Origin: an uncultured Pelagibacteraceae bacterium
GTDB lineage: Bacteria; Pseudomonadota; Alphaproteobacteria; Pelagibacterales; AG-422-B15
Length of the DNA stretch: 64,000 nucleotides
Assembly: GCA_902521655.1 (NCBI GenBank)
Contig: CABYSM010000001.1
Location: 30,478 to 94,477, forward strand
Reading direction: 5' to 3'
How positions within the stretch are numbered: position 1 is the first letter of the stretch; the number at the start of each line of letters is the position of its first letter. Shown one piece after another: positions 29,450 through 40,330 of this stretch. The notes under the pieces were generated by a model. That model did no database searches. It had not been told where the DNA came from and was given only the letters and a program-made list of their open reading frames with translations. A program made the translations under genes and the position numbers.

Positions 29450-30229
29450 AGCCAACTTGCAATAATCATCTACAGATAGGTTTTCTGCTCTTAATCCATC
29501 ATCAATACCAAACTTTTTTAAAAGGTAGTCATAATCCTTTAAACTAGTTTTAATTTTTTTTCTTCTGTGTTCAAAAGATTTTCTAAGTAACTTTTGTAAT
29601 TTTGAGATATTAATATCTAAATTCTTAGTAATTGGAGTAAATTCAAGTATTGTTCCATCAACTTTTGGCTCTGGGAAAAAGATATTTGAAGGCGCATCTA
29701 AAAGTACTTTTATAGCACAGCGGGCTTGAGATATAACAGATATGCGACTGTAACTTTTTTGATTGTGTTTAGCAATTATGCGGTTTGCAACTTCTTTCTG
29801 AAACATTAATACCATCTTACTGTAAAATGGTGGCCAACTATAATTTACAATCCAATTTATAAGAAGTTGAGATGATATATTGAAAGGTAAATTTCCAACA
29901 ATTATTGATTTTTGATTTTTATTTATAGTCTCATAATTATATTCAAGCGCATCACTGTTAGATATAAATATATTACTGTCCTTTTTGAATCTATCTTCTA
30001 ATTTTTGGGATAATAATAAATCTTTTTCAATTAAGTATAAGTTTCTAAATTTTTTTTTTATCAATTGATCCGTCAAAGCTCCCATGCCAGGACCAATTTC
30101 AAAGATATTAGTGTCATCATCACTTGGAATTAATGCACTTAATTTAAAAATAAAATCTTTATTTTGAATGAAGTTTTGGCCAAGTGATTTTTTTGGAAAA
30201 GACTTATTTATATTCAATTGTGGCTTCAT
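29438..30229 (-). CDS. rsmA: 16S rRNA (adenine1518/1519-N6)-dimethyltransferase RsmA/KsgA
   Basis: KKSLGQNFI, the SAM motif EIGPGMGALT, and GNLPFNISS. Confidence 0.9.
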   Translation of the reverse strand: MKPQLNINKSFPKKSLGQNFIQNKDFIFKLSALIPSDDDTNIFEIGPGMGALTDQLIKKKFRNLYLIEKDLLLSQKLEDRFKKDSNIFISNSDALEYNYETINKNQKSIIVGNLPFNISSQLLINWIVNYSWPPFYSKMVLMFQKEVANRIIAKHNQKSYSRISVISQARCAIKVLLDAPSNIFFPEPKVDGTILEFTPITKNLDINISKLQKLLRKSFEHRRKKIKTSLKDYDYLLKKFGIDDGLRAENLSVDDYCKLASAI

Positions 30230-30815
30230 TAAGCAGATCTCTTATCATTTTATTACTTTTTAAGTCTAATTGTTTTTGCACGATTAAATCTCTTGCTGTT
30301 TTCTTTGACATACTAGGATTATTCATAATAATTTCTTCAATTTCAATCTCACTCGTAGATGTTAAACGATAATACAATCCGGAAATCAATTTTTGCCAAG
30401 AAATCCCATTAATTAAAAATTTTTTAAACTCATCATATTTAATATTATTCAATTCAAATATTTTGATAAGATCGTCCTTATTAATAGGGTTATTTTGGTA
30501 AAAGAGTAATTCTTGATTTAAATATTCCTCCTCACTTATGGAAATTTCATATTCATTTATTTTTTGGTTTTTTAGATTTTCTTTGATTAGCTCTTCTATT
30601 ACAGAATTCAATAATTGATTGTTATTTTCAGGAGTAATATCGATACCTGATAATATTGCACTCAATTTCATTCTTTGTACAACATCATAAGATGTAATAA
30701 GTTGATCATTCACAAGCACAGCTATTCTGTGATCATTAGCGCTAAATGCATTTGCATTTAAGCAAAATGAATGAAAAACAATTATTATCAGCAAGGTTCT
30801 AATTAAAATACTCAT
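30204..30815 (-). CDS. SurA-like periplasmic chaperone with N-terminal and C-terminal segments only (no parvulin domains)
   Basis: 203 aa with a signal peptide. IAVLVNDQLITSYDVVQRM resembles the SurA N-domain start. Its position between lptD and rsmA is the canonical surA slot. It is too short to hold PPIase domains. Confidence 0.6.
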   Translation of the reverse strand: MSILIRTLLIIIVFHSFCLNANAFSANDHRIAVLVNDQLITSYDVVQRMKLSAILSGIDITPENNNQLLNSVIEELIKENLKNQKINEYEISISEEEYLNQELLFYQNNPINKDDLIKIFELNNIKYDEFKKFLINGISWQKLISGLYYRLTSTSEIEIEEIIMNNPSMSKKTARDLIVQKQLDLKSNKMIRDLLNEATIEYK

Positions 30816-30823
30816 TTTAAGTA

Positions 30824-32911
30824 TTAAATCCTAGGTCCAAATATTTTATTTTTTCCATAATTATTGGTTGAGCCAAAAGGTTTTAGCACAATTGTAAAAC
30901 TAAACCCATCGCTTTCTTTGATATCCCTATCTTTTGTAAGATCTCTATAATAATTAAAGTCAATTCCCAGGCAATCATTTTCATACAAAACACCATACTG
31001 GTAGCCTATATTTTTGTTTGAATCCAAGTTTTTAGCACCTGTAAATCTTATAAATAAATTATTTTCTAATTCATATTTTCCACCAACTGCTATTTGCTCT
31101 GCAGGGACATTATACTTACCGGAAGTATAATCGTAATTAATAGCAAATATTAAATCACCAAATCTATTAAATGAATTAGCATTCAAAGACTTTATTTTTA
31201 GATCGTCTCTGTCTATAATAAGTGAGCCATCTAAATAATTCTCTAAATTTATATTAATATTTGAATTTATAAAATAATCAGATATTTCCCTAGCCGTATC
31301 ATCGCTAAGTTTATTAAAACGATAGTTTTGGCCTATAACTGTTCTAATATCAGTTCCTTTTTCTGAATTAATAAACCATTCAATGCCATAATTTATTCTA
31401 GGTCCACTTTCCCATTCACTTATAGAAGTAGCTCTATTTGTTGAGAATAAATTACTGTTAGTAATATCCTGGGATCCTGTGTAGTTATTATAAGGGGCGA
31501 TTATTGGCATAATGATGGGAGTTACAGTTTGATTAAATAATGAGGAAGATTTTAACAAAGGGTATGAAATTTTAGAGCTTAGTTGGGGATAGAAGCGAAT
31601 ATTGCTTGTATCAGACCTTAATTTCTCATCAATTGAAATAGATGCTACTCTAAGATTTGCTTCATTACTAAAAATAAGTCCGAAATTTTTTTTTATTTTT
31701 TGATTTGTCCAATTGAGTTGAGAGGAAGCAAGAGATACATAATTTTCATTCAGATTCTTTCTAAATGAGAATTTATTATTAAGTGACACATTTCCATCAA
31801 AAATGTTGTTATCAATATTGTAGATATCATAAACTATATTTGGATATAAATATTCCCACTGCTGGTTGTTTACTGTTAAATGTTTGTATCCTATTGTTTC
31901 AATTGAAAAAAAAGTATTATTTTCTTCTCTATCAAACTCTATTCCTGATTTTAACACCGTAAGATTATTTATTTTATTTTTACGCATGTAAGTATCATTG
32001 TTGCTTGTTTTTAAGTAAGTATTTAAGTTTCCATATGAATTAAAAATTTCACTTTCAAAGAATAGATGATTGCTTGTTCCAGTATTATCGTCATTATCAT
32101 CAATGCTTGAGTTCATTTCCAGATTAAATAAATTGTTAAGATGCCTATAATCTAAATTATAAAAATTATTACCAGTAGTTTGAATGTTTGGAGTAAATGT
32201 GAGATCGCGGTTGCTGTTTAGATTAATAAAAATTGGTATTGAAAAAGTTTCACCAAGTTGCTTATCAGTTTGAATAGTAGGCATCAAAAATCCAGATCTT
32301 TTTTTTACTGACGGATCTGGGTGAGAAAAATATGGCAAATAAAATACTGGAATATTAAATAATTGAATTTGAGCGTGATCGTAGTGAATCGTTCTATTTT
32401 CACTATCGTGATATATCTTTTTAGACTTAAGTTTCCAACCGGGACAATTTTTTATTAAATAATTTTCTTTTATGCACGGAGTATATTCAGCATTTTCAGC
32501 AATACTAATTTTATCTTTTTTATCAAAATTAGAGCCAACGATTCTTGAGTTGTCATGAAGTCTTGCTTTCACAGATTTTCCAGAAATTATACTAAAATTA
32601 TTGGATGCATTTAGTTCATCAAGAAAAAAAGTATTTTTCATTTCATCAATTATTATGACATCCCCATTAGCTTCTAGATAATTTATACTTTTGTCGTATG
32701 TTAATATATTTGACTTAATTTTTACGTTGTCTTCATTTATAGCGACAGCATCTCCAGAAGCCTTCACTCTTTCATTCATCTCATCAATTTCGATCTCATC
32801 TGCAAAAATTTTAATTTTTTCTTCAGCATTGATTACATCATAACAAAGCAAAAAAATAACTAACGAAATAGAAAGTGCTAATAAAACATTTCTTTTTTGC
32901 ATTAAGTTCAT
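30824..32911 (-). CDS. lptD: LPS-assembly outer-membrane protein LptD
   Basis: 695 aa with a signal peptide, an OstA-like N-domain (IFADEIEID...ASGDAVAINEDNVKIKSNILTYDK) and a long beta-barrel region. Synteny is lptF-lptG-lptD-surA. Confidence 0.8.
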   Translation of the reverse strand: MNLMQKRNVLLALSISLVIFLLCYDVINAEEKIKIFADEIEIDEMNERVKASGDAVAINEDNVKIKSNILTYDKSINYLEANGDVIIIDEMKNTFFLDELNASNNFSIISGKSVKARLHDNSRIVGSNFDKKDKISIAENAEYTPCIKENYLIKNCPGWKLKSKKIYHDSENRTIHYDHAQIQLFNIPVFYLPYFSHPDPSVKKRSGFLMPTIQTDKQLGETFSIPIFINLNSNRDLTFTPNIQTTGNNFYNLDYRHLNNLFNLEMNSSIDDNDDNTGTSNHLFFESEIFNSYGNLNTYLKTSNNDTYMRKNKINNLTVLKSGIEFDREENNTFFSIETIGYKHLTVNNQQWEYLYPNIVYDIYNIDNNIFDGNVSLNNKFSFRKNLNENYVSLASSQLNWTNQKIKKNFGLIFSNEANLRVASISIDEKLRSDTSNIRFYPQLSSKISYPLLKSSSLFNQTVTPIIMPIIAPYNNYTGSQDITNSNLFSTNRATSISEWESGPRINYGIEWFINSEKGTDIRTVIGQNYRFNKLSDDTAREISDYFINSNININLENYLDGSLIIDRDDLKIKSLNANSFNRFGDLIFAINYDYTSGKYNVPAEQIAVGGKYELENNLFIRFTGAKNLDSNKNIGYQYGVLYENDCLGIDFNYYRDLTKDRDIKESDGFSFTIVLKPFGSTNNYGKNKIFGPRI

Positions 32912-34017
32912 TTAAAAATCTTTTTTCTCTGTAATTCCCAGTATTGATAAATAAATATCGCCATCGTAAATGTAATAACTGGCATGCTAAAATTAGCAAC
33001 AATAGGATGAACCTGAGAAGTTGATCCCAAGGCATTAAGCAAGTTAGATATAAAGTATAAAAAAAATATTATAATTAACGAACCAATAATAATTTTAGAA
33101 AATTTATCATTTTGTTTAATTCCTTGAACTATACAGAATGCTAACAAAACAAGAGCTGAAATAAAAAAAGGAAGGCTAATAAGGCTATATAAGTGCATTT
33201 TGAAGTCAATTGCAGAATAACCTAATTTTTCTAAAAAACTAATAAACGTTAATAAGCGCCAGATGGAAATACTAGAGGGTGAGGAAAGGCTATCTGATAT
33301 ATCCTCAGGTTTAATGTTGGTCTTATAACTAAGGTTATTTTGATAAGTTGTTTCACCGTATCTCGGCGTAATTTGAATTTCAAACATATTCCAATATCCC
33401 GCTTGAAGCTCAGCTTTTTTTCCATCAATTCTCCCATTAAAAGCTCCTTTATCATCGTATTCTAATAGCATGAAAGAATTTAAGACTCTGCCCTCTTTCT
33501 CAGTACTTTTGGCATATAGTACACTTGTCAGGTTTGTTTCATAATTATCTTGTTTGAGCCAAAGACCATTTTTAGTAATAGACGCAAATTTATCAACTCG
33601 ATCGATGTATTCATATTTTAAGTTAGAGTATCTATCGTCAAATATTGCAATCAGTGGGTTAGCTAATGTGATGAAAATAATGCCTATAAAAAAATGAAGT
33701 ATTAAAGCTGGAAGAATAGACTTTAAATTTGAGATGCCCATACCACTAATTACTACCAGCTCTGAATTTCTAATTAAAATTAATAGAGCTAAAATAGATG
33801 AAAAAAAAGAAGTTATTGGCAGTGTATAAGTAATTAGATTAGGAAAGTTAAATAGCGTTAATTGTAATATAATGTTAACAGGAACATTTTTGCCTGCAGT
33901 CTTTCTAAATTGCTCAACAAAATCTCCAATAAATAGGATAGAGGCTAATATGATGAAAGTTATTAAAAACGAATAAAGGAACTTTTTTAATATATAATAA
34001 TCTATTTTATTAAACAT
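32908..34017 (-). CDS. lptG: LPS export ABC permease LptG
   Basis: YjgP/YjgQ-family layout of 3 TM, a periplasmic domain, then 3 TM. Overlaps both lptF and lptD. Confidence 0.8.
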   Translation of the reverse strand: MFNKIDYYILKKFLYSFLITFIILASILFIGDFVEQFRKTAGKNVPVNIILQLTLFNFPNLITYTLPITSFFSSILALLILIRNSELVVISGMGISNLKSILPALILHFFIGIIFITLANPLIAIFDDRYSNLKYEYIDRVDKFASITKNGLWLKQDNYETNLTSVLYAKSTEKEGRVLNSFMLLEYDDKGAFNGRIDGKKAELQAGYWNMFEIQITPRYGETTYQNNLSYKTNIKPEDISDSLSSPSSISIWRLLTFISFLEKLGYSAIDFKMHLYSLISLPFFISALVLLAFCIVQGIKQNDKFSKIIIGSLIIIFFLYFISNLLNALGSTSQVHPIVANFSMPVITFTMAIFIYQYWELQRKKIFK

Positions 34018-35125
34018 TTTGATTACTTAGCAAATATATGAAATCTTTATAAAGATATATTATCGTTATAAAAATCAATATTAGAGGAAAAGCGTAATAA
34101 AATGCAATTAATTGACTATTATCAATTAGTAAATTTGAAAATGTAATTTGAAATATTTGAACCGCAAAAGCTATAGCTGAAACAGCAATTATAGGGTAAC
34201 GCCAGCTATCATCGGGCCTCTTGGAAAAATTAATCATAAGTAGCGGCAGCAATCCATAAAATATTATATATATTGGATTAATGAACCGTTTGTGAAATTC
34301 GGCAAATTGTTCCTTTTGATATTTTGAATAACTGCTGATTGGCATATCTTTTAGGTTATTTCTTATGTCACCTGTAGATAATTCATCAGGATAAATATGT
34401 GTACCTTCTTTCTTACTGTAGGGAGCAAGATCTAAATTATAGGTATCAAAAGCAACCTCTGATACTCGATTTACGTCACTATCATATATTTGTATAGAGC
34501 CATTAAACAATTTTAAAAAACTTACATTATCACTTGTAATAAATTTTCCTTTTTCAGCAATGTACGTCTGAGGTTTATTAACATTGCTTTGATCATGTAT
34601 TAAAAGGCCAAATATCTCATTATCTTTTTTTTCCTGTAAGAAAATAGTAAAGTTATTTGTAGGCGAAATAAACTTTTTTTCTTTTAATAAGGATATGTGT
34701 ATGCCAGAGGATCGTATTTCTATAATTTTATACCTAAGTTCTTTTAATGAGTTGGGTGTCAAAAAAAGACTAAAAAATAAAACTACTAGAAACATCAAAG
34801 AAGAAAATAAAATTATTGGTTTTATTAAAATATTTTTTTCAGATTTACCTGAAGTCCCAAGTATTATTAGCTCACTATCATTGCGAAGCCTATTTAGATT
34901 AAATAGGATAGATAAAAATACACATATTGGAAAAGTTAAAAGGGTTATTTTTGGTAATAGAAGCATCACATACGAAATATAAGTTTCAATAGAAACATTA
35001 TTTGTAGTAAGTAGGTCAATATGTCTCAACCCTTGTCCTAACCATATTATCCCAGTTAATAAAATTGATAGAAACAAAAAACTTGAAGTGATTTCTTTAA
35101 TCGCATATGTTGTAAATCTTGACAT
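34010..35125 (-). CDS. lptF: LPS export ABC permease LptF
   Basis: YjgP/YjgQ-family layout, divergent from pepA as in many alphaproteobacteria. Confidence 0.8.
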   Translation of the reverse strand: MSRFTTYAIKEITSSFLFLSILLTGIIWLGQGLRHIDLLTTNNVSIETYISYVMLLLPKITLLTFPICVFLSILFNLNRLRNDSELIILGTSGKSEKNILIKPIILFSSLMFLVVLFFSLFLTPNSLKELRYKIIEIRSSGIHISLLKEKKFISPTNNFTIFLQEKKDNEIFGLLIHDQSNVNKPQTYIAEKGKFITSDNVSFLKLFNGSIQIYDSDVNRVSEVAFDTYNLDLAPYSKKEGTHIYPDELSTGDIRNNLKDMPISSYSKYQKEQFAEFHKRFINPIYIIFYGLLPLLMINFSKRPDDSWRYPIIAVSAIAFAVQIFQITFSNLLIDNSQLIAFYYAFPLILIFITIIYLYKDFIYLLSNQNV

Positions 35126-35165
35126 TTTCTCAATTATATCAGTATTTTGTTAAAGGTATATATGT

Positions 35166-36677
35166 ATGGATATTCAATTTAATAACATAAAACAAGAAAA
35201 AGGTGCCATCGGTATTGTATTCTGTGATCATAATTGTAAGTTGATAGGCTATGGTAAAAAATTAGATCAGCTCTCAAAAAAACACCTATCAAATACAATT
35301 AGTTCTGATGTGTCATTTAAGTCTAGAAAATCAAAAAATTTTGATTACTTAATTATTCATGCTCCACAAAACCTCAGTTTGTCAAAGCTATATATATTTA
35401 AATTAAAAAAAATAAATAACGCTACAAATAGAGACTTTCAGATTTTAGGGGGGAGCCTCCTAACGCTTATAAAATTTTATAAAGAACATAATGTCGTCAT
35501 TTATCCTGACGGAGTTAATACATCCAAACTGAGCTTTGTAAATTCTACAAGTGAGTTGCTTCTAGGATTTTTATTGTCATCTTACAAGTTTACAAAATAT
35601 TTTTCTAAAAAAGATACGAAGAAAAAAAGTACAAAAACAAAAATCAAAATATACTCATCTCAATTTTCAAGATTAGAAAAAAACTATGAAAAAGTAAAAG
35701 CAATACATGAGGGGGTAACTATGACCAGAAATCTCGTTACGGAACCTCCAAATGTTATGACGCCACCTGAATTAGCTAAAAATGCTGCCTCGCTCGAAAA
35801 AATAGGTGTTAAAGTCACGATTCTTGGTGAAAAAGAAATGGCCAAATTAGGCATGGGATCTTTACTTAGTGTTGGTCGTGGGAGTGAGCATGAATCCCAG
35901 CTAGCCATCATGGAATGGAAAGGCCATAAAAATAAAAAGAAAAAACCAATCGCGTTTATAGGTAAAGGAGTATCATTTGATACAGGTGGAGTTTCACTTA
36001 AGCCTGCAGGTGGAATGGAAGAAATGAAATATGATATGGGAGGTTCAGGCGTTGTAATTGGTTTAATGAAGACATTGGCCCTAAGGAAAGCTAAGGCTAA
36101 CGTAATAGGTGTTGTAGGACTTGTCGAGAACCACATTGGAAATATGGCAACAAGACCAAGTGATGTAGTGAAATCTTATTCAGGTCAAACAATAGAGGTT
36201 TTAAATACTGACGCTGAAGGCAGGCTAGTGCTTGCTGACGCTCTCTGGTATACCCAAGAGAAATATAAGCCTGAGTTAATGGTTGATTTAGCTACATTAA
36301 CTGGAGCAATAATTATCGCAATCGGCAATGAATATGCAGGATTATTTTCCAATAACGATAAATTAAGTAAGCAGCTGGAAGACGCTGGCAAGATTGAAGA
36401 CGAAAAACTATGGAGATTCCCGCTTCACGATAAATTTGATAAAATGATAAATTCACCAATTGCAGATATGCAAAACATTTCTAGTGGAAGAGGAGCGGGC
36501 TCTATTACTGCAGCTCAGTTTTTACAAAGATTTGTTAATAAGGTCCCTTGGGCACATTTAGACATTGCTGGAACAACATGGTCAAAAACAAATTTACCAA
36601 CATCTCCAAAAGGAGCAACAGCATTTGGGGTAAAGCTTCTAAACAAATTTGTATCAAAATATCATGAGGGCAAATAA
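35166..36677 (+). CDS. pepA: Leucyl aminopeptidase (M17)
   Basis: Signature [24 protein letters not shown], and MKYDMGGSG. Confidence 0.93.
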   Translation: MDIQFNNIKQEKGAIGIVFCDHNCKLIGYGKKLDQLSKKHLSNTISSDVSFKSRKSKNFDYLIIHAPQNLSLSKLYIFKLKKINNATNRDFQILGGSLLTLIKFYKEHNVVIYPDGVNTSKLSFVNSTSELLLGFLLSSYKFTKYFSKKDTKKKSTKTKIKIYSSQFSRLEKNYEKVKAIHEGVTMTRNLVTEPPNVMTPPELAKNAASLEKIGVKVTILGEKEMAKLGMGSLLSVGRGSEHESQLAIMEWKGHKNKKKKPIAFIGKGVSFDTGGVSLKPAGGMEEMKYDMGGSGVVIGLMKTLALRKAKANVIGVVGLVENHIGNMATRPSDVVKSYSGQTIEVLNTDAEGRLVLADALWYTQEKYKPELMVDLATLTGAIIIAIGNEYAGLFSNNDKLSKQLEDAGKIEDEKLWRFPLHDKFDKMINSPIADMQNISSGRGAGSITAAQFLQRFVNKVPWAHLDIAGTTWSKTNLPTSPKGATAFGVKLLNKFVSKYHEGK

Positions 36678-37099
36678 TGAGTACTGAAAGAACATTTTCA
36701 ATTATTAAGCCAGATGCAGTTGAAAGAAATAAAATAGGTGAAATCACTGCAATGCTAGAAAATGCAGGGTTGAGGGTTGTCGCTTCTAAGAGGTTAAAGC
36801 TAGATCAAGCAAAAGCTTCACAATTTTATGAGGTTCATAAAGAGAGACCTTTTTTTCAAAGTTTGTGTGATTTTATGTGTTCTGGGCCAATTGTAGTTCA
36901 GGTTCTCGAAGGGGAAGATGCTGTAAAAAGAAATAGAGAAATTATGGGAGCTACTAATCCTGAAGAGGCTTCTGAAGGCACAATAAGAAAAAAATATGCA
37001 CTATCACTAGAAAAGAACTCCGTTCATGGTTCCGACAGTATTGAAAATGCAAAAATTGAGATTGGTCACTTTTTTTCAGAAGAAGATATTATTTCCTAA
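36677..37099 (+). CDS. ndk: Nucleoside diphosphate kinase
   Basis: [12 protein letters not shown], and NSVHGSDS holding the active-site His. ATGA overlap with pepA. Confidence 0.95.
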   Translation: MSTERTFSIIKPDAVERNKIGEITAMLENAGLRVVASKRLKLDQAKASQFYEVHKERPFFQSLCDFMCSGPIVVQVLEGEDAVKRNREIMGATNPEEASEGTIRKKYALSLEKNSVHGSDSIENAKIEIGHFFSEEDIIS

Positions 37100-37661
37100 G
37101 TAATTTTATTATGGATGCAGGGTAAAGCTCGTGTTCTGCTTTTAGAACTTTTTTTGATAGTGTTTCTGCATTATCTGTCTTTTCAATAGCAACAGAAGTT
37201 TGCATAATGATTTTTCCATCATCTACTTTACTATTTACATAATGTACACTGCATCCTGATTCGACTTCTTGCGCATCTAAAGCTCTCTGGTGAGTATTAA
37301 GGCCTTTAAATTTAGGAAGAAGAGAGGGATGTATGTTGATTATTCTGTTTGGAAAGTTATTAATTAATTTATCGGTAATTATCTTCATATATCCCGCAAG
37401 ACAAATAAGCTCAATATTATAAGGTTTTAGCAGTTTAAGAATCTCTTCTTCATAATGACCTTTGCTCTCAAAATTATTTAAATCTAAAGTATGAGTATCA
37501 ATATTATTTTTTGATGCAAATTGAAGACCTGCAGCATTAGCATTGTCAGAAAAAACACATACAACTTTTGCTGGAAAGTTTTTATCTTTGCAGGCATTGA
37601 TAATCGATTCTAAATTAGAACCTCTGCCAGATATAAAAACCCCGATAGGTTTTTTAATCAT
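37089..37661 (-). CDS. purN: Phosphoribosylglycinamide formyltransferase
   Basis: [24 protein letters not shown], and GCSVHYV. The likely start is MIKKPIG at 37661; the track ORF extends to 37679 and would overlap purM. Confidence 0.9.
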   Translation of the reverse strand: MIKKPIGVFISGRGSNLESIINACKDKNFPAKVVCVFSDNANAAGLQFASKNNIDTHTLDLNNFESKGHYEEEILKLLKPYNIELICLAGYMKIITDKLINNFPNRIINIHPSLLPKFKGLNTHQRALDAQEVESGCSVHYVNSKVDDGKIIMQTSVAIEKTDNAETLSKKVLKAEHELYPASIIKLLRK

Positions 37662-38700
37662 TGAGATTAAGTCTTCCAATAAATTTTATGCTTTTTTCTT
37701 TAGCAGATTGTTTTATGTCAATATTGCCAATTATATCTGATTTGAATTTATATTTTTTTATAACTTTTCTAACTCCACTAAGATTTCTTTTATCAATAAT
37801 GATTACCATTCCATAGCCACAATTAAATGTTCTTAACATCTCATTTTGAGATACATTAAAACTACTAATCCATTTAAATATTGCTGGAAGTTTCCATTTA
37901 TTCAGATCTATTACAGCCTTGGTATTTTTACTGATTGACCTGGGCAAGTTTTCGGTTACACCGCCACCAGTAATGTGTGAACAAGTCTTAATAAGATTTT
38001 TGCTAAAAAGATCAAGAATTACATCAACGTAAATATGCGTAGGCTTTAATAATATTTTCCCTAATGTGCTATTTTTGATAATTTTCTTTTTTAGACTAAT
38101 ATTATTGTCTTTTATAATTTTACGGATGAGTGAAAAGCCATTGGAGTGGATTCCAGACGACTCAAGACCGATGATAAGATCACTTTTTTTTAATTGTAAA
38201 ACTTTCTTCGAAATGCCACTTTTTACTCCAACACAAAAACCAGCTAAATCATATTTTTCCTTAGTATCATATCCTGGATGCTCGGCTGTTTCGCCACCAA
38301 GTAAGGCACAATGTGAAATTTTACATCCTTTTATAATCCCTTTAATTATATCAACACCTTTGGATACATTTAATTTTCCAGTTGAGATGTAGTCTAAAAA
38401 AAATAATGGAGTTGCCTTATCAACAATCAAGTCATTCACGCACATAGCCACTAAATCTATACCAATTGTTTTATGGTCATTCATCTCCTCTGCAATTTCA
38501 ATTTTTGTTCCTACGCCATCTGTTGCTCCAACTAGTACAGGCTTTTTAATTTTAGTGCTTAAGGGAAACTGACCTGAAAATCCTCCGATTTCAGTCTTAA
38601 TAAGACCTTTATCTTTTTTGATTAAGTTGCTAATTTTGCTTACAAACTCATTTCCTTTGTTGATACTTACACCAGAACTTGAGTATGATAATTTTTTCAT
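37654..38700 (-). CDS. purM: Phosphoribosylformylglycinamidine cyclo-ligase (AIR synthetase)
   Basis: Y..SGV.I..GN start, then GATDGVGTKIEIA, DLVAMCVNDL, and GGETAEHPG. The likely start is MKKLSY at 38700; the track ORF extends to 38742. Confidence 0.93.
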   Translation of the reverse strand: MKKLSYSSSGVSINKGNEFVSKISNLIKKDKGLIKTEIGGFSGQFPLSTKIKKPVLVGATDGVGTKIEIAEEMNDHKTIGIDLVAMCVNDLIVDKATPLFFLDYISTGKLNVSKGVDIIKGIIKGCKISHCALLGGETAEHPGYDTKEKYDLAGFCVGVKSGISKKVLQLKKSDLIIGLESSGIHSNGFSLIRKIIKDNNISLKKKIIKNSTLGKILLKPTHIYVDVILDLFSKNLIKTCSHITGGGVTENLPRSISKNTKAVIDLNKWKLPAIFKWISSFNVSQNEMLRTFNCGYGMVIIIDKRNLSGVRKVIKKYKFKSDIIGNIDIKQSAKEKSIKFIGRLNLND

Positions 38701-38715
38701 TTGTCTATTATATAT

Positions 38716-39792
38716 ATGATTTATCAATTTTTCGCTAAACATATTAAACAGTTACTCGCTGTTATTTTAATCTTATTTTTTAATTTTCCCGTTATGGCTA
38801 ATGACGATTTATTTTTTTCAGAAAAGAATATTGAAGTGAACATTCCTTATGTTAATAATTCAAATGTAAGAAATCTAGCAATTTCAAAAGCAGAAAAATT
38901 AGCATTTGAGAAAATTTCAAAAAAACTTCTGGCACCAAGTGACTTCAATCAAATTATTAAATTAAACGATATTAATTATGAATATTTAGTAGAGAGTATT
39001 GAGTTTACTGACGAAAAAATATCACCTGAAACTTATAGTGGGAGCTTTAATGTATATTTTAGTCCATTTAAAGTTAGAGAGTTTTATGAATCTCGCTCAT
39101 TAACATATTCAGAACTAAGCTCAAAAGACATAATTGCCCATATTGCATTTTCAAACCACTTCGAGTTCTTTACATTATTTAATAATTGGAACACAGAATG
39201 GAAAAAAATAAATAATATTGGAAGTAAGATTAATTTGAATGTAAGAACTTTTTCTTCGTCAGAAATGTATCAGTTAGATTTAGCAACATTCTTGGAAGGA
39301 TCGAATTTAAATCTAGTGAGTGATATCAAGGATGCTATATTGATTTGGTGTAATCCAACAAGTGTTGAAAATAATAAAATTAAATTTGAGATTATTATTA
39401 AGCTCATAGCCAATAATAAAGAAAATGTATTTAGAAAAACATTCATAGAAGAAAATAGCTTTTACAGAGATGATATTTTTGATCAAATTATTAAAGATAT
39501 TAATTCTGAGTTATTATCAGTTTGGATTAATATAACAAAACAATCGAAGGATAAGTTTTTGTATAATTTTGTTTATGATATTAATTCAATCGATGATTGG
39601 GTAAAACTAAGAACAGAACTAGAAACCTTAGAGTTGCTTAATTCCTTCCACGTCACTTCATTTAATCTGTCTAAGGTTGAAGGGGTTATTAATTTTTCCG
39701 GCAATAATAATAAGTTAGAATTAATAATGTCTCAAAATAATATTGATTTAGCTAATATGGGTCCTTACTATAAAATTAGCTTGTATGATTAA
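38716..39792 (+). CDS. Hypothetical secreted protein (DUF2066-like by position)
   Basis: Signal peptide LLAVILILFFNFPVMA. It occupies the slot between purM and the CDP-alcohol transferase/hdaA genes that holds a DUF2066 protein in other alphaproteobacteria. The family call rests on synteny, not a verified match. Start is uncertain (TTG at 38701 or ATG at 38716). Confidence 0.45.
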   Translation: MIYQFFAKHIKQLLAVILILFFNFPVMANDDLFFSEKNIEVNIPYVNNSNVRNLAISKAEKLAFEKISKKLLAPSDFNQIIKLNDINYEYLVESIEFTDEKISPETYSGSFNVYFSPFKVREFYESRSLTYSELSSKDIIAHIAFSNHFEFFTLFNNWNTEWKKINNIGSKINLNVRTFSSSEMYQLDLATFLEGSNLNLVSDIKDAILIWCNPTSVENNKIKFEIIIKLIANNKENVFRKTFIEENSFYRDDIFDQIIKDINSELLSVWINITKQSKDKFLYNFVYDINSIDDWVKLRTELETLELLNSFHVTSFNLSKVEGVINFSGNNNKLELIMSQNNIDLANMGPYYKISLYD

Positions 39793-40330
39793 GAATATTC
39801 CAAATTTATTGTCAATATTCAGATTAATAACTATTCCCATCGTAGCTTGGTTGCTATTAATTGATTTATTTTTTTATGCAGCTCTTTTTACAATCCTTAT
39901 TGCCGTTAGTGATTTTTTGGATGGATTTATTGCAAGGTCTTTAAAGGCGGAAAGTGAACTGGGTTCCTACTTAGATGCTATTGCCGATAAAGCATTTGTA
40001 ATTTCAATCTATATATTAATCGGAACAGCAAATCTTTTACCAGTTTTTATCATCATCCTAGTGATATCAAGGGATATTATTATCTTAGGCTCTTTTGTGA
40101 TAACATTTTTTGCAGGAATAAAAATTAAATTAAAAACTACTAGAGTAAGTAAGTGGAACACTTTTTTTCAATTTTCTTTAGTTATAGCTACATTATTAGG
40201 CAATACAGCAGGATTTGAAAATTTGATAAATGAGACGGGGTTAATAGAATTACTGATTGGGATCGTTGTAATTACTACATTAATATCGTTGTTTATTTAT
40301 ATAAGATATTGGATGGAAAGTATTAATTAG
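39785..40330 (+). CDS. CDP-alcohol phosphatidyltransferase family protein (PgsA-like)
   Basis: Motif D-G-x2-A-R-x8-G-x3-D-x3-D is present as DFLDGFIARSLKAESELGSYLDAIADK. Multi-TM protein. Confidence 0.75.
   Translation: MIKNIPNLLSIFRLITIPIVAWLLLIDLFFYAALFTILIAVSDFLDGFIARSLKAESELGSYLDAIADKAFVISIYILIGTANLLPVFIIILVISRDIIILGSFVITFFAGIKIKLKTTRVSKWNTFFQFSLVIATLLGNTAGFENLINETGLIELLIGIVVITTLISLFIYIRYWMESIN

Noticed and set aside
35684-36136. Long antisense ORFs inside well-supported genes: 35684-36136 in pepA, 46272-46664 in nrdJ, 13516-13851 in phrB, 21195-21536 in the MMPL gene, 634-819 in the RND gene, and many 60-90-aa ones.
   Set aside because: Each lies entirely within, and opposite to, a gene with strong family motifs. 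Their translations are low-complexity (Ser/Pro/Ile-rich) with no recognisable domains. They are best read as shadow ORFs of codon-biased genes.
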